Positions 8,507-18,356 of a DNA stretch of 58,134 nucleotides are shown here, one piece after another. Origin of the DNA: an uncultured Bacteroidales bacterium (lineage in GTDB: Bacteria > Bacteroidota > Bacteroidia > Bacteroidales > VadinHA17); NCBI GenBank assembly GCA_937871625.1, contig CALMRD010000276.1, positions 1 through 58,134 of the forward strand, written 5' to 3'. The notes under the pieces were generated by a model that was not told the origin of the DNA, made no database searches, and worked only from the letters and a program-made list of their open reading frames with translations. The translations under genes were made by a program, and so were the position numbers. Within the stretch, counting starts at the first letter, position 1. Every line of letters begins with the position of its first letter.

Positions 8507-9421
8507 GTGAAGGATGGGCTTGTAATAAAATCGACCGGCAGCCGCTACAGGGTGCTTGCCGATGACGGCATGATCCATGAATGTGTCCTCAAGGGAAGGT
8601 TCAGGGTCAGCGGTCTCCGCACTACCAATCCGGTGGCGGTGGGTGACAGGGTGACTCTTGACGGGAAAGAGAACGTGATCACATCCCTTCACCCGAGACG
8701 TAACTATATCATCCGCAGAGCATCAAACCTCTCCAGGGAATCGCAGGTCATCGCAGCCAATATTGACCAGGCATTCCTGATGATTGCCGTCACCATGCCA
8801 TCTACACCGATAGAATTTATCGACAGGTTTCTTGCCACCGCCGAGGCCTACCGTATACCTGCATCCATATTGATAAACAAGAGAGACCTATACAACGCTG
8901 AAGATAGGGCTGTTGCCGATAAGATACAGAGTGTATATGAAAAAATCGGGTACCCTGTATATACTATCTCCGTTACAACGGACAGCAGCATAAGCCAGAT
9001 CACGGCTGCACTGATGGGGAAGATCACCCTGCTCTCCGGCAACAGCGGCGTAGGGAAGAGCACCCTGCTCAACAGGCTCAATCCGGCACTATCACTCAGA
9101 ACAGGAGAGATATCTGAGTATCATGAACAGGGCCGCCATGTGACCACTTTCCCGGAGATGCATCCTCTTCCGGAAGGAGGATATGTCATTGACACACCCG
9201 GCATCAGGGGATTCGGCGTTATCGACTTCGACCGCAGTGAGATATATCATTTCTTTCCGGAGATTTTCCGGAGATCATCTGAATGCAGATTTTACAACTG
9301 TCTCCACCTGGCAGAACCTGACTGTGCCGTGCGTAAAGCCGTTGCCTCCAACGAAATTGAACCCTGGAGATATAAAAGCTACATCAGCATGATGCTGGAA
9401 GACAATGATAAGTACAGATAA
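8507..9421 (+). CDS. rsgA: ribosome small-subunit biogenesis GTPase RsgA
   Basis: 304 aa with a GTG start. Circularly permuted GTPase motifs (NKRDL, GNSGVGKSTL, DTPG) and C-terminal zinc-finger cysteines (CRFYNCLHLAEPDC). Confidence 0.9.
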   Translation: MKDGLVIKSTGSRYRVLADDGMIHECVLKGRFRVSGLRTTNPVAVGDRVTLDGKENVITSLHPRRNYIIRRASNLSRESQVIAANIDQAFLMIAVTMPSTPIEFIDRFLATAEAYRIPASILINKRDLYNAEDRAVADKIQSVYEKIGYPVYTISVTTDSSISQITAALMGKITLLSGNSGVGKSTLLNRLNPALSLRTGEISEYHEQGRHVTTFPEMHPLPEGGYVIDTPGIRGFGVIDFDRSEIYHFFPEIFRRSSECRFYNCLHLAEPDCAVRKAVASNEIEPWRYKSYISMMLEDNDKYR

Positions 9422-9452
9422 TCGTTATGCTATAGGTAAGAACTGCTCCTGA

Positions 9453-12257
9453 ATGAAAAAAATACCTCTTGTTGCCTGGTCTTCTTTCTTCCTGATCATG
9501 CTGGTCACGGTTATATTCTACCTGAGCCTCTACAGGAACCAGATAGAATATTCCAATAAACTGCTTGACAGACAGGTAATGATAGCCGGCTCCGATATTG
9601 ACAATACCAGCATGTATATTGTCAGTGACCTTGCGGAACTGGATTTTTCAGACGATTTCTCAGGCTTTTTCACCGATGAACTTACCAATGAGAGGGTCAC
9701 CGAGAGGATGAAGCTCTACTACTCCAAGTATGAGGATATCGTTGTCGGACTCATGCTATACAACACCTCAGGCGATGTTTATACCCTCTTCAAGGATGAG
9801 GAGAGGAATGCATGGCTCGACGGATCGTACAAAGCCCAGTCTGTGCCTGAGATATTTGAGACAGAGCATCTGGAGTCAGAACGTGACCGCTACAGGTATT
9901 ACCTGCCGGTATTTAATGATGGCAGGGTACTCGGTAACCTTGTGATAACAGTTGATTTCAAGAAGTATTTCTCCAGAATCTTTACCAAATACAATCTTGA
10001 GCAATACCAGTGGCAGTGGGTTGTCAATGACACCGGCGGAATAATCTTCGACAATCACGGTGGCGAGGTAAGCTACAGCCAGCTGAAAAAAATTGCCGAA
10101 GGCATCACTCTCGGAAGTTCGGGAAGGATAACTCACGCCATGGAGCATGAAGGCCTCAGCAACGAGGTGATCTCTGCCTACTATCCGGTGACGCTACTGG
10201 GCCTCGATTTCGGGATGGTCTTTTCTGCCCCGACAGATTTTTTCCGGAAGTATATTGTCAGGAACTCATTCATTCTGGGTCTGCTGACTATGCTGACACT
10301 TCTTTTCATTATCGTACTGTTCCGGTATTCCTCAGGGCGACAGGCTCGTCAGCTTAAAAAGACTACCCGGTCGGAGAAGACACTTCTCTCACTGATGGAG
10401 GAGATGCCTGCCGGCATCATCGTCTGTAATGCCGGCCGCGAGATCCTCACTGCGAACCGGGAGGCGGCACAGCTCTTTGGCTATGAGACTGATGGTGAGA
10501 TGATCGGCAAGCTGGTGCCTGACCTCTCAGCCGGAGACTTCGAAGGTGAAGGCGGTGACGGCAATATCATCAGGCTGGGTGGCCCCGGAGGCGAGAAGGT
10601 GATCTTCCACAACAGCACTCCGGTGCAATATCACGGCGAGAGCTCCACACTGGAGGTTCTGGTTGATGTAACATCACTGGAGCTGGCACGCCGTCAGGAG
10701 GCAGATGCAAATATTGCCAAGTCAGAGCTTCTTGCACGCATGAGCTTTGAGATACGCACTCCCCTCAGCGGCATACTGGGCATGACCGATATGCTTAACA
10801 GGGCCGAGCTGTCGGAGGAGACCAAGGAGGTGGCCATGCTGCTCAGACGGTCGGCCGACCTGCTTCTCAATATCATCAATGATATCTTCGATGTCTCCAA
10901 GGTAGAGACCGGCAAGATGATACTCGACGAGATCCCGTTCCGGCTCAGGGAGCAGGTCGACTATTGTATCAACCTCGTCAGGAGAGAGAACCCCGACACT
11001 GCCGTAAGGATATCCTCATCGGTTGAGCAGTCGGTACCGGAGAGCCTCATCGGTGATCCCTACAGGCTGCGTCAGATCATCACCAACCTGCTGAACAACT
11101 CCCTTGCCGGGACAAAAACGGGAGAGATAAAGGTAGGATGCAGGGTCAGAAAGTCGGAGGGAAACCGGTTCATCCTTGAATTTACCGTAGCTGACACAGG
11201 CACTAACTATACCAAGGCAGAGATCAAGAAGCTGTTTGGCGACTACATCACCAAACTGAGCGATCGTTCCGACTGGTCAGAAGAGCTTAAGCTGGGTCCT
11301 GTGCTTGCGCGTCAGCTCACTGAGCTTATGGGCGGCGAGCTGCATGCCGAGAGTCCTGCCGGCAAAGACTCATCCGGAAAGGAGAGGGGACTGAAGGTGA
11401 CATTTACCGTCAGCGTACACCTGAATGAAAAGATTACCAAGGAGATAGATCTCAGTCGTTACAACGAGACGGCGATGATACGCACTCTTGCCATTACAGG
11501 ATCACACGGCCGTGATGATGACTTCCTGGGCATCATGCACCGCATCGGTCTCCCGGTAGCGGTGACCAGCTTCCAGAAGCATACGGTGTCACAGATAAAA
11601 ACGAGCCTGGGAGACGAACAGAACAGGTATATTCTACTGGTTATCTTTGATGAACCTGAGGTTGACGGTTTTGAGGCTGCACGAGAACTGATGGAGGCAG
11701 GAATGACCGGCAGGCATATCGTGCTTATGTTTACCTCCAGGGATCCCAAGGGCCACTATGCCAAATGCGTTGACATGGGCATTGACCATCTTCTTGTCAA
11801 GCCTTTTGCCGGCGAAGATCTTATCAATGTCCTCAAGGATCACTTCCCCGGCCTCAGGGACCACAGGGGCACCGTATCGTCTGACAAATCAGACCTGCCC
11901 GAAATCCTTGTCGTTGACGATAACTATCTCAACAGGAAGGTGGCAGGCTCACTGCTGAAGGTGCTGGGCGTCAATGCCGCATTCGCCTCCGGTGCCGACG
12001 AATCCATTGCTATGGCTGCCGCCAGGAGCTATGATCTTATCCTTATGGATCTTATCATGCCGGAGAAGGATGGTTTCGAGGCTGCAAAGAGCATCCTGGA
12101 GATGGACAGTTCAGCAATTATAGTGGCACTCTCGGCAGATACCATGCCCGAGACACGGACACGTGTGGAGCAGGCCGGAATGAAGGAGCTGCTCTCCAAA
12201 CCGGTGACGGTGGAGGAGCTGAGAAGAGTGATAACCAGGTATCAGAGGCACGACTGA
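9453..12257 (+). CDS. hybrid sensor histidine kinase-like protein / response regulator (H-box His replaced by Phe)
   Basis: 934 aa. Domain order: TM, periplasmic sensor, TM, PAS, HisKA-like (MSFEIRTPLSG), HATPase_c-like (NLLNNSLAGT, DTGTN, KLGPV), a degenerate receiver-like region, and an intact C-terminal receiver (VVDDN, ILMDLIMP, LSAD, LSKP). Confidence 0.85.
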   Translation: MKKIPLVAWSSFFLIMLVTVIFYLSLYRNQIEYSNKLLDRQVMIAGSDIDNTSMYIVSDLAELDFSDDFSGFFTDELTNERVTERMKLYYSKYEDIVVGLMLYNTSGDVYTLFKDEERNAWLDGSYKAQSVPEIFETEHLESERDRYRYYLPVFNDGRVLGNLVITVDFKKYFSRIFTKYNLEQYQWQWVVNDTGGIIFDNHGGEVSYSQLKKIAEGITLGSSGRITHAMEHEGLSNEVISAYYPVTLLGLDFGMVFSAPTDFFRKYIVRNSFILGLLTMLTLLFIIVLFRYSSGRQARQLKKTTRSEKTLLSLMEEMPAGIIVCNAGREILTANREAAQLFGYETDGEMIGKLVPDLSAGDFEGEGGDGNIIRLGGPGGEKVIFHNSTPVQYHGESSTLEVLVDVTSLELARRQEADANIAKSELLARMSFEIRTPLSGILGMTDMLNRAELSEETKEVAMLLRRSADLLLNIINDIFDVSKVETGKMILDEIPFRLREQVDYCINLVRRENPDTAVRISSSVEQSVPESLIGDPYRLRQIITNLLNNSLAGTKTGEIKVGCRVRKSEGNRFILEFTVADTGTNYTKAEIKKLFGDYITKLSDRSDWSEELKLGPVLARQLTELMGGELHAESPAGKDSSGKERGLKVTFTVSVHLNEKITKEIDLSRYNETAMIRTLAITGSHGRDDDFLGIMHRIGLPVAVTSFQKHTVSQIKTSLGDEQNRYILLVIFDEPEVDGFEAARELMEAGMTGRHIVLMFTSRDPKGHYAKCVDMGIDHLLVKPFAGEDLINVLKDHFPGLRDHRGTVSSDKSDLPEILVVDDNYLNRKVAGSLLKVLGVNAAFASGADESIAMAAARSYDLILMDLIMPEKDGFEAAKSILEMDSSAIIVALSADTMPETRTRVEQAGMKELLSKPVTVEELRRVITRYQRHD

Positions 12258-12260
12258 CAC

Positions 12261-13379
12261 ATGGCACTGAACATCACCGGTCTTGATCCTGAAGAATTCC
12301 TTGCCCGAAGGGCGGAGATGCCGCTGGTGGATGTCAGGTCTCCTTCTGAATATGCATACGGGCATATCCCCGGGGCGGTGAACATACCTCTTTTTGATGA
12401 CAGCCAGCGGGCTGAGGTGGGTACTCTCTTTAAGAAGGAGGGCAGCACCCCCGCCGTTATTCGCGGTATTGAGCTGTCAGCACCTTATATGCCGGCAAAA
12501 CTGAGGCAGGCACTGTCGCTGGCCCCGGAGCGAGAGCTGCTGCTCTACTGCTGGCGGGGAGGGATGCGCTCCGAGGCCATGGCATGGCTCTTTCACACAG
12601 GAGGGATAAAACCCATGCTCCTCACCGGTGGATACAAGGCCTACAGGAATCATATTCTGACCAGCCTTGCTGCCAGGAGAGATTATGTCATACTGGGGGG
12701 GCTTACAGGAAGCGGCAAGACCGGAATACTGAATCATCTGGGCAACGCCGGGGCACAGGTGACCGACCTGGAAAGGCTGGCATCACACCGGGGGTCGGCA
12801 TTCGGAGCCCTGGGACAGCCACCGCAGCCCTCCTCGGAACACTTTGCCAACATGTTGTATGAAGATCTCTCCGGCAAGAGAGATGTTGAAGCTATATGGC
12901 TGGAGGATGAAAGCCGCAACATAGGAACCGTTTTTATGCCCGACAGCTTCTTCGAACAGATGCAGAAAGCACCGGTGGTGGCCCTGATGATGAGCATAGA
13001 GACACGCATGCCTCGACTGCTCGAGGAATATGCCTCCTTTCCCCTGGAACAGATCGTCGCTTCGGTGATGAGGATATCGAAAAGGCTGGGGGGTGACAGA
13101 ACCAGGGAGGCGATCGAAGCGCTGCAGAAGGGAGACTTCAGCACTGCCATAAGGATCACCCTTGAGTATTATGACAAATCATACCGCTACGGTCTGTCAA
13201 GGCGACCTGAGGGTCAGGTGGTTTATGTGGAGACCGATACCGATGACGTGGCAGTGAATGCCTCAAAGGTGGCAGCGGCAGCAGCTGAGATGGTCTCAGG
13301 AGGTCACTCTTTCCTGAGTGATGAGGCATCAACCCGCCTGAAGACCCTGTCAGACCGCCTCACCTGTGCGGGCAGGTGA
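12261..13379 (+). CDS. selU: tRNA 2-selenouridine synthase
   Basis: 372 aa. Has an N-terminal rhodanese domain with the CWRGGMRS active-site loop and a P-loop (GGLTGSGKTG), the SelU/MnmH signature. Confidence 0.85.
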   Translation: MALNITGLDPEEFLARRAEMPLVDVRSPSEYAYGHIPGAVNIPLFDDSQRAEVGTLFKKEGSTPAVIRGIELSAPYMPAKLRQALSLAPERELLLYCWRGGMRSEAMAWLFHTGGIKPMLLTGGYKAYRNHILTSLAARRDYVILGGLTGSGKTGILNHLGNAGAQVTDLERLASHRGSAFGALGQPPQPSSEHFANMLYEDLSGKRDVEAIWLEDESRNIGTVFMPDSFFEQMQKAPVVALMMSIETRMPRLLEEYASFPLEQIVASVMRISKRLGGDRTREAIEALQKGDFSTAIRITLEYYDKSYRYGLSRRPEGQVVYVETDTDDVAVNASKVAAAAAEMVSGGHSFLSDEASTRLKTLSDRLTCAGR

Positions 13380-14566
13380 ACGGAGCATAACTCACCCTTA
13401 TTTACGGTATCAGCATCCTTTTCAGCAGAGTCCCTCAGGCCGGTGACTGTATACTCAACAATACCCGTTGTGGGTCCTGTTATTATCAGCTCGTCGCCAA
13501 CACTCAGACTGCCGGTCTCAAGCCTTATCTCGGCAACACTGAGCCTGCTGAAGAAGTTGGTGATCTTTCCAAGATAGATCTTTCTTCTTGTGGCTGCGGA
13601 TCCGTAGGTTGTGCTCCACTCTCCCAGCCTCTGGCCAAGGTAATAGCCATCCCAGAAACCCCTGTTGAAAACGGTCTCCAGACGGCTCATCCAGCCGGTG
13701 ACCCTCTCCGCCCCGAAGGTACCCTCTGCCACCGCTGCTGCAGCCTCACTGTAGCACTCAGTGACGGTCTTCACATACTCTGCCGGCCTGGCCCTGCCCT
13801 CTATCTTCAGCACCCTGGCACCGGAATCTATGATCTGGTCGAGGAACGCTATGGTGCAGAGATCTTTGGGTGACATAATGAACTCATTGTCAATATCCAG
13901 TTCATACCCGGTCTCACGGTCGGTCACGGTATAGCCTCTGCGGCAGGTCTGGTAGCAGTTACCCCTGTTTGCGGATGCATTGTACTCATGAAGACTAAGA
14001 TAGCATTTGCCAGAGACAGCCATGCAGAGAGCACCGTGGACAAACATCTCCAGCCTGATAAGCTCACCGCCGGGACCGCGGATATCATCACCGACGACGG
14101 TGTCATGTATCTTCCGCACCTGCTGCAGGTTAAGCTCACGCGACAGGACAGCCACATCAGCCCACCGGGAATAGAACTTCAGTGACTCACTGTTGGAGAT
14201 GTTGAGCTGTGTTGAGAGATGTACCTCCAGGCCTCTCTCCCTGGCTGCCGTGATGGCCGCCTGGTCAGTGGCTATGACGGCTGATACGCCGGCATTAGCG
14301 GCAGCGTCAAGTATCACCCTTAGCTCATCCATCTCATCGTCATACATGACGATATTCAGTGTGAGGTAGCTCTTCATACCGTTGTCCCTGCAGAGCGCCG
14401 CCAGCTCCTGCAGATCATCCACCGTGAAGTTATCCGAGGAACGGGCCCTCATGTTCAGCTTGCCCACGCCAAAATATACCGAGTCAGCCCCTCCGGCGAT
14501 GGCTGCCCTGAGCGTCTCGCGTGAGCCTGCCGGAGCCATGATCTCTATGTCGCTTCTCTTCATCAC
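13304..14566 (-). CDS. peptidase U32 family protein (PrtC/YhbU-like)
   Basis: 420 aa. Carries the U32 signature EMFVHGALCMAVSGKCYLS and an N-terminal EIMAPAGS...AGADSVYFG block. Confidence 0.85.
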   Translation of the reverse strand: MMKRSDIEIMAPAGSRETLRAAIAGGADSVYFGVGKLNMRARSSDNFTVDDLQELAALCRDNGMKSYLTLNIVMYDDEMDELRVILDAAANAGVSAVIATDQAAITAARERGLEVHLSTQLNISNSESLKFYSRWADVAVLSRELNLQQVRKIHDTVVGDDIRGPGGELIRLEMFVHGALCMAVSGKCYLSLHEYNASANRGNCYQTCRRGYTVTDRETGYELDIDNEFIMSPKDLCTIAFLDQIIDSGARVLKIEGRARPAEYVKTVTECYSEAAAAVAEGTFGAERVTGWMSRLETVFNRGFWDGYYLGQRLGEWSTTYGSAATRRKIYLGKITNFFSRLSVAEIRLETGSLSVGDELIITGPTTGIVEYTVTGLRDSAEKDADTVNKGELCSVHLPAQVRRSDRVFRRVDASSLRKE

Positions 14567-14585
14567 GGTACCCTTCCTTCGCCTC

Positions 14586-15725
14586 TCATTTGTTAAGTAT
14601 GACCCTCATTGAGCATCCGTTGCCGGGCTCGGAACGGAGAACGAATATCTTACCCCCGTGATACTCTTCCACAATCCTCTTTGAGAGAGAGAGGCCCAGT
14701 CCCCATCCCCGTTCACGGGTCGAATAGCCGGGCTTGAAGATGGTTTTGAAGTCCTTCCTCGGAATACCCTTGCCGGTGTCTTCCACATCAATGAAAGCTT
14801 CCCTGTCGTTCTCGCTCATGGTGATAGTAATGGTTCCGCTGCCTTTCATGGCATCTGCCGAGTTCTTGACGAGGTTCTCGATCACCCAGCCAAGAAGCAC
14901 GGCATTGAGAGGCACGGCACTGCATGATGAGGTGTTGTTGACGACCCTCAGCCCGATTGTTGAGGCTAGTCTCTTTCTCAGGTACCCTGCTGTTGCCTCT
15001 GCCAGCGCGGGAAGGTCGGCAGGCTGAAGCTTTGGTTTTGACCCTATCAGGGAAAACCTCTCCGCAACACGCACCAGCCTCTCCACATCGGCAGGTAACT
15101 CCTCGGCTATATCAGTGCCCGGATACCTGCTGCTGATGATCTCACTCCATGCCGACAGCGATGATGTGGGTGTCCCGAGCTGATGCGCCGTCTCACGTGA
15201 GAGTCCGACCCACACCTGGTTCTGTTCAGCCATGCGCGAGGAGCTGAAGGCAACATATGCCACTGCAATGAACAGCAGTATCACGCCGAGCTGTACATAT
15301 GGATATATCCTGAGCTGACGCAGGAGGGTGCTCTCTCGGTAATAGAGGTAGTTGCTGATGCCGTCACCGAGCACCAGGGTGATCGGTTCATTACGCTTCT
15401 CCATGCGGCTCAGCTCACGCTGAAGGGAGAGCGTGTCGGACGCAATACCTGTCGGGATATTACGATGTGATATGATGTTTTTGTTACCGTCAGTAAGAAT
15501 CACAGGTACGGTGGTGTTATCCTCGATGATCCGGAAGAGGAATTCGAAGTCATCAGACGTGACCAGCCGTCTTGTTGCCTCGGCCCACTGCTCAGCCTTC
15601 TTTTTCTCTTCCTGCTTGAGCTTCGCCACAAGCTGCTGTGTGTAAAAGAGTGACCCGAGGCCAATGACAACCGCAAATACCAGGAGCAATAGCTTCCATA
15701 CCAGCTTCTTACGGTAGATGTTCAT
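14586..15725 (-). CDS. sensor histidine kinase (orphan)
   Basis: 379 aa. Two TM segments, an H-box (ETAHQLGTPTSSL) and an HATPase_c domain (NLVKNSADAM, DTGKGI, GWGLGLS). No response regulator gene is adjacent. Confidence 0.8.
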   Translation of the reverse strand: MNIYRKKLVWKLLLLVFAVVIGLGSLFYTQQLVAKLKQEEKKKAEQWAEATRRLVTSDDFEFLFRIIEDNTTVPVILTDGNKNIISHRNIPTGIASDTLSLQRELSRMEKRNEPITLVLGDGISNYLYYRESTLLRQLRIYPYVQLGVILLFIAVAYVAFSSSRMAEQNQVWVGLSRETAHQLGTPTSSLSAWSEIISSRYPGTDIAEELPADVERLVRVAERFSLIGSKPKLQPADLPALAEATAGYLRKRLASTIGLRVVNNTSSCSAVPLNAVLLGWVIENLVKNSADAMKGSGTITITMSENDREAFIDVEDTGKGIPRKDFKTIFKPGYSTRERGWGLGLSLSKRIVEEYHGGKIFVLRSEPGNGCSMRVILNK

Positions 15726-15728
15726 TGC

Positions 15729-18335
15729 TCACCTCTTCTTTCTGAGTATGATTTTCAGGGGACTTTCCTTTACCTCTTCCTGTTGCTGGGCGGCGGGAGT
15801 GGCACCCTCCTTTCCCTCTTCCCAGGTGATGGTGAACCTGGGCTTGCCCTCAGATGGTTTGGTGATGAGTGTGTCTGACCTGTACCAGCCGTACTCCTCG
15901 TTGAGTATCCCCTTCAGCTCCTGCTTCTCCAGGGCTATGTCGGTCTTAATGTTATCCTGTGCCTGGCCGAAGTCATATTTAACTTCCGTCTTGCCTCCGA
16001 CACACACTATCTTCAGGGGGATGGTTGCCTTGCCGCTGCCGTCAACCGTCACCTGTCCGAAGGAGCTCACGCCGCGGTTGCGGTCCCTGGCTTTACGGCT
16101 CATCACCTCCGACAGCAGGAGGCGCAGGTGATAGGAATAATCGCCATCGAATTTGTGACTGCCGTAGAGGGTAAAGTTCACGGCTGAGGAGTTGATGAGC
16201 ATCCTCGGGATGGAGACCGTCTCATTTTTTATGAAGAGGTCATTCTCCATCATTGAGAAGGAGATATCCTTCAGCTCATCCAGGTCAAGATATGACGAGA
16301 GACTCTCTGCCGGCCCGAAATCCGTCAGCCTTCCTTCCTTGATTAAAAGATGTGCCTCGGCAATAAGTGCCGGCCTTATGATCCTGTAAAGCGAATCGAG
16401 GGGAGCCAGTAAGTTGACGGTTCCCGTAAGATTGCCCCGCAGATTGTCACTCACAATGAAGCTCTGGCCGAAGTTATTGAAGGCGGTAAATGCCCTGTTG
16501 ATATCAGTACCCTCAACATCAAGTTTGACCCTGGCAATGTAATCGCCCTCTTTCTGCTTGCCGAGCATTAGTTCTCCTTCAAGGAGTCCCCCAAGACCCT
16601 CTGAGCTTATATCTTTGAAGGTGAACACATAAGGCCTGTAATCAATTGAGGTTTTCAGATGTGACGCCCTGAAGCCTTTAAAGATCAGGCTGTCAGCAGC
16701 AAATCTCACATCAGCGGTTACGGATGCCGGGAAGATATCCCTCCTCTGTCCTTCACTACGTTCAATGACAGTGTCTCTGACGGCGAACTTTTCCGGCATG
16801 AACATATCTGTCCTGACATCTCCGCTGACATAAAGCATTACCGGTCGTCCCGAGAGCCACGCTGTGAAGTCGCGCATGGAGGCATCGATGATGAAGTGCT
16901 GATCTGCATAGGTAAGTACAAGGCTGTCTGCAACCAGGTCATTCATGACTTTGACCGAACCGTTCATTCCTGTGAGTGACAGTCCCTTGTCTCCGAACGA
17001 AGCTCCGAAGTCACTGAAGACAAGCGATATCTCCGGGTTGAGAAGAGGCAGCGCCGCCGCTTTTAGTTTCATGGTGTCAGGGAGGGTGCCCGAAAGACGA
17101 ATGCTTCCCGACAGCAACCCGGTCTGATCATGAATATAACCAGGGTTGATTATTTTGCCCAGGTCGTCAAAGTCGAGATCACCATCAAGACTCAGTATTA
17201 TGTGGGGAGAGGTGAGGTTGTTCAGCATGAATGAGCCTTTCAGGTTTGCCGAGCCGTAGGATGCGTCAAGCTTGTCAACGGTAAACCGGAAAGTCTCCGG
17301 TCCGTTGCGGTCACCGTTAGTCAGGCTACCGCGGAAATCAAGACTGTTGACCCTGAACCCTGATGCCGTGTGGCTCATCCTGCCGCCCGATAACCCGAAG
17401 TTCATTTCGATGTGAGGTCTGCCTGCCTCACCATATGGGCCGCTGATCATGCATTCAAGATCGAGGATCCCTGATGGAGTGAAGCTGCCCGCGAGTTTTC
17501 CCCATCTCTCAGGAAGGAGTTTGGAGAGTGAGGAGATATCTATCTTCTGTCCTGTGAGGGCAAGATTCAGCTTCTTCGCAGTGAAGTTTACATTGCCATC
17601 TATGTTAAAACCCAGTCCAGCCAGCTCCAGTACCCCTTTTGCTATCGAGAAGGAGTTGGCCGACTTGCGCATCCGGAGGCTGGCGGAGGCCGGCAAGTCA
17701 TGGAAATAGAGACCACCGATGGTGGCGGAATCGACTGCGGCACTGAGGGCAGCATTAAGGAAGATACCCGTTCTGAATATCTCTCCTCCAAGGGTAGCCT
17801 GGCTGATGTTGCCCGCAATCCTCATTTCGCTGCTTCTGTCATGCCACATCACGGTTATATTCTTTGCACTTATATTCTTCAGACGGACATTTTTTCCTCC
17901 TCCCTCCCTGCCGGTAAGCACCTCGAAGTTGATGTTGCCCCTCTTGTCGGTAAGCATGGTTATCTCTCCGTCACTGACAGTGATGGATTTCACTGCCACG
18001 GTGCCGGTAAGCAGCGATGGGAGAGAGATCTTAAGTGAGAGAGAGGAGGCGTAGAGGAGCGTGTCTCTGTTGTCACCGGCAAACTGTGTCCTGTCATAAT
18101 ATGGTGATGGGGCAACAAGCAGGTCGTCAAACTTCGCACCTATGTTAGGGAATGACGACAAAACCGTCAACCTGAAACTGCCGTAGGATATCCTGGTGTT
18201 GACTGACTCATTGACTTTCCTGGTCAGTGCTGCCGTAATCTTCTCATGGCGCAGTGTGGTATAAAGGAGCAGCAGGACAAGGCTCAGCAGGAGCAGTCCG
18301 CCAGTAAGGAGAGCTATTTTTTTCAGCCAGCTCAT
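15729..18335 (-). CDS. AsmA-like / TamB-like envelope protein
   Basis: About 868 aa. It has an N-terminal TM anchor (MSWLKKIALLTGGLLLLSLVLLLL) followed by a long beta-rich repetitive body typical of the AsmA family. ATG 18335 is preferred over the GTG at 18356, which abuts the pepE stop. Confidence 0.65.
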   Translation of the reverse strand: MSWLKKIALLTGGLLLLSLVLLLLYTTLRHEKITAALTRKVNESVNTRISYGSFRLTVLSSFPNIGAKFDDLLVAPSPYYDRTQFAGDNRDTLLYASSLSLKISLPSLLTGTVAVKSITVSDGEITMLTDKRGNINFEVLTGREGGGKNVRLKNISAKNITVMWHDRSSEMRIAGNISQATLGGEIFRTGIFLNAALSAAVDSATIGGLYFHDLPASASLRMRKSANSFSIAKGVLELAGLGFNIDGNVNFTAKKLNLALTGQKIDISSLSKLLPERWGKLAGSFTPSGILDLECMISGPYGEAGRPHIEMNFGLSGGRMSHTASGFRVNSLDFRGSLTNGDRNGPETFRFTVDKLDASYGSANLKGSFMLNNLTSPHIILSLDGDLDFDDLGKIINPGYIHDQTGLLSGSIRLSGTLPDTMKLKAAALPLLNPEISLVFSDFGASFGDKGLSLTGMNGSVKVMNDLVADSLVLTYADQHFIIDASMRDFTAWLSGRPVMLYVSGDVRTDMFMPEKFAVRDTVIERSEGQRRDIFPASVTADVRFAADSLIFKGFRASHLKTSIDYRPYVFTFKDISSEGLGGLLEGELMLGKQKEGDYIARVKLDVEGTDINRAFTAFNNFGQSFIVSDNLRGNLTGTVNLLAPLDSLYRIIRPALIAEAHLLIKEGRLTDFGPAESLSSYLDLDELKDISFSMMENDLFIKNETVSIPRMLINSSAVNFTLYGSHKFDGDYSYHLRLLLSEVMSRKARDRNRGVSSFGQVTVDGSGKATIPLKIVCVGGKTEVKYDFGQAQDNIKTDIALEKQELKGILNEEYGWYRSDTLITKPSEGKPRFTITWEEGKEGATPAAQQQEEVKESPLKIILRKKR

Positions 18336-18356
18336 TGTCACAGTCGATGCCGGCAC

